NCBI GenBank assembly: GCA_047947115.1
Contig: CP170459.1
Location: 992,001 to 1,056,000 of the forward strand
Origin: Verrucomicrobiota bacterium
GTDB taxonomy: Bacteria > Verrucomicrobiota > Verrucomicrobiia > Limisphaerales > AAA164-E04
Length of the DNA stretch: 64,000 bases
Direction of reading: 5' to 3'
Part shown: positions 63,129 to 64,000 of the stretch, in pieces
How the letters are laid out: each line of letters starts with the position of its first letter
How positions within the stretch are numbered: the first letter of the stretch is position 1
Notes under the pieces: model-generated
Database searches by the model: none
Told to the model about the DNA's origin: nothing
Seen by the model: only the letters and a program-made list of their open reading frames with translations
Program-made: the position numbers and the translations under genes

Positions 63129-64000
63129 ATGACACTCAAGAAGGCTTTCGTTCATGTCACAAAATTTGCCGCTCTGCTGCTGTGTGGGCTCACCTGCCTG
63201 TCGCTCAAGGCCGATCTGGAACAGGTCACCTCGGTCGAGGGCATCACGGAGTATCGAATGGACAACGGGATGCGCGTGCTGTTGTTTCCGGATCCTTCAC
63301 AGCCAAAATTCACGGTGAACATCACCTATTTTGTGGGATCACGTCACGAAGGGCGCGGTGAGAAAGGCATGGCGCATTTGCTGGAGCACATGCTTTTCAA
63401 GGGCACCAAAAAATACAGCAACATCATCAAACTCCTCTCCGCCCGAGGTGCCCAGTTCAACGGCACAACCTGGGTGGACCGAACCAATTACTACGAAACC
63501 CTCCCTTCCGATCAAAAAGGCAATCTGGAGTTCGCACTCGAACTCGAGGCTGAACGCATGGTCAACAGCCTGATCCAGGCCGAGGATCTGGAAACGGAAT
63601 TCACCGTGGTTCGCAACGAATTTGAACGCGGAGAAAACAACCCCATCATGATCCTTTACCAGCGCATGATGTCCATGGCCTTCGACTGGCACAACTACGG
63701 TTTCTCCACCATCGGTTCCCGCAGCGATATCGAGCGCGTACCAGCCAAGAACCTCAAGGCCTTCTACCAAACCTATTACCAACCAGACAACGCCATGCTG
63801 GTCATTGCGGGCGATTTTGAACCGGACGAAGCCCTTGAGTTGGTGGAAAAACATTTCGGCGCCATCCCCAAACCCAACCGCACCATGGACGACACCTACA
63901 CGGTCGAACCTGTCAAAGACGGCTCGCGTCACGTCGAACTCCGCCGCAATGGCGATGTCGCCGCTGCAGGGGTGCTCTACAACGTGTGCGCCGGATCGCA
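63129..64000 (+). CDS. M16 (pitrilysin) family zinc peptidase; runs off the window end
   Basis: Signal peptide; GMAHLLEHMLFKGT, FNGTT, VVRNE and YYQPDNA motifs; absent from the ORF track because it has no stop in the window. Confidence 0.93.
   Translation, partial: MTLKKAFVHVTKFAALLLCGLTCLSLKADLEQVTSVEGITEYRMDNGMRVLLFPDPSQPKFTVNITYFVGSRHEGRGEKGMAHLLEHMLFKGTKKYSNIIKLLSARGAQFNGTTWVDRTNYYETLPSDQKGNLEFALELEAERMVNSLIQAEDLETEFTVVRNEFERGENNPIMILYQRMMSMAFDWHNYGFSTIGSRSDIERVPAKNLKAFYQTYYQPDNAMLVIAGDFEPDEALELVEKHFGAIPKPNRTMDDTYTVEPVKDGSRHVELRRNGDVAAAGVLYNVCAGS

Overview
Bacterial chromosomal window of moderate GC, most consistent with a Verrucomicrobia/PVC lineage (inferred from gene content). It holds housekeeping genes (dprA, maf, uvrA, ndk, surA-like, moaA, PPi-type pfk, uppP, M16 peptidase) and many large secreted proteins: three FG-GAP/ASPIC-UnbV proteins, a CotH-LTD protein, a sulfatase, a spondin protein, a DUF922 protein and a frameshifted protein of at least 5 tandem ~202-aa CBM-like domains. 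The most notable system is an AT-rich Rhs locus (21582-27396) with a Sec-type N-terminus, an aspzincin-like HExxH+GTxD toxin tip and an overlapping membrane-anchored candidate immunity gene. Erosion and mobile DNA are common. Two near-identical IS1182-family copies are present: one carries a nested ISL3 and separates pckG from its terminator, the other splits the spondin gene. There is also an IS5/IS427 element, an amber-interrupted pckG and several gene remnants. Three type II TA pairs plus an orphan antitoxin have apparently leaderless promoters. Several REP/REPIN families fill the intergenic gaps. No rRNA, tRNA or CRISPR array was seen. All calls come from motif reading, not database searches.
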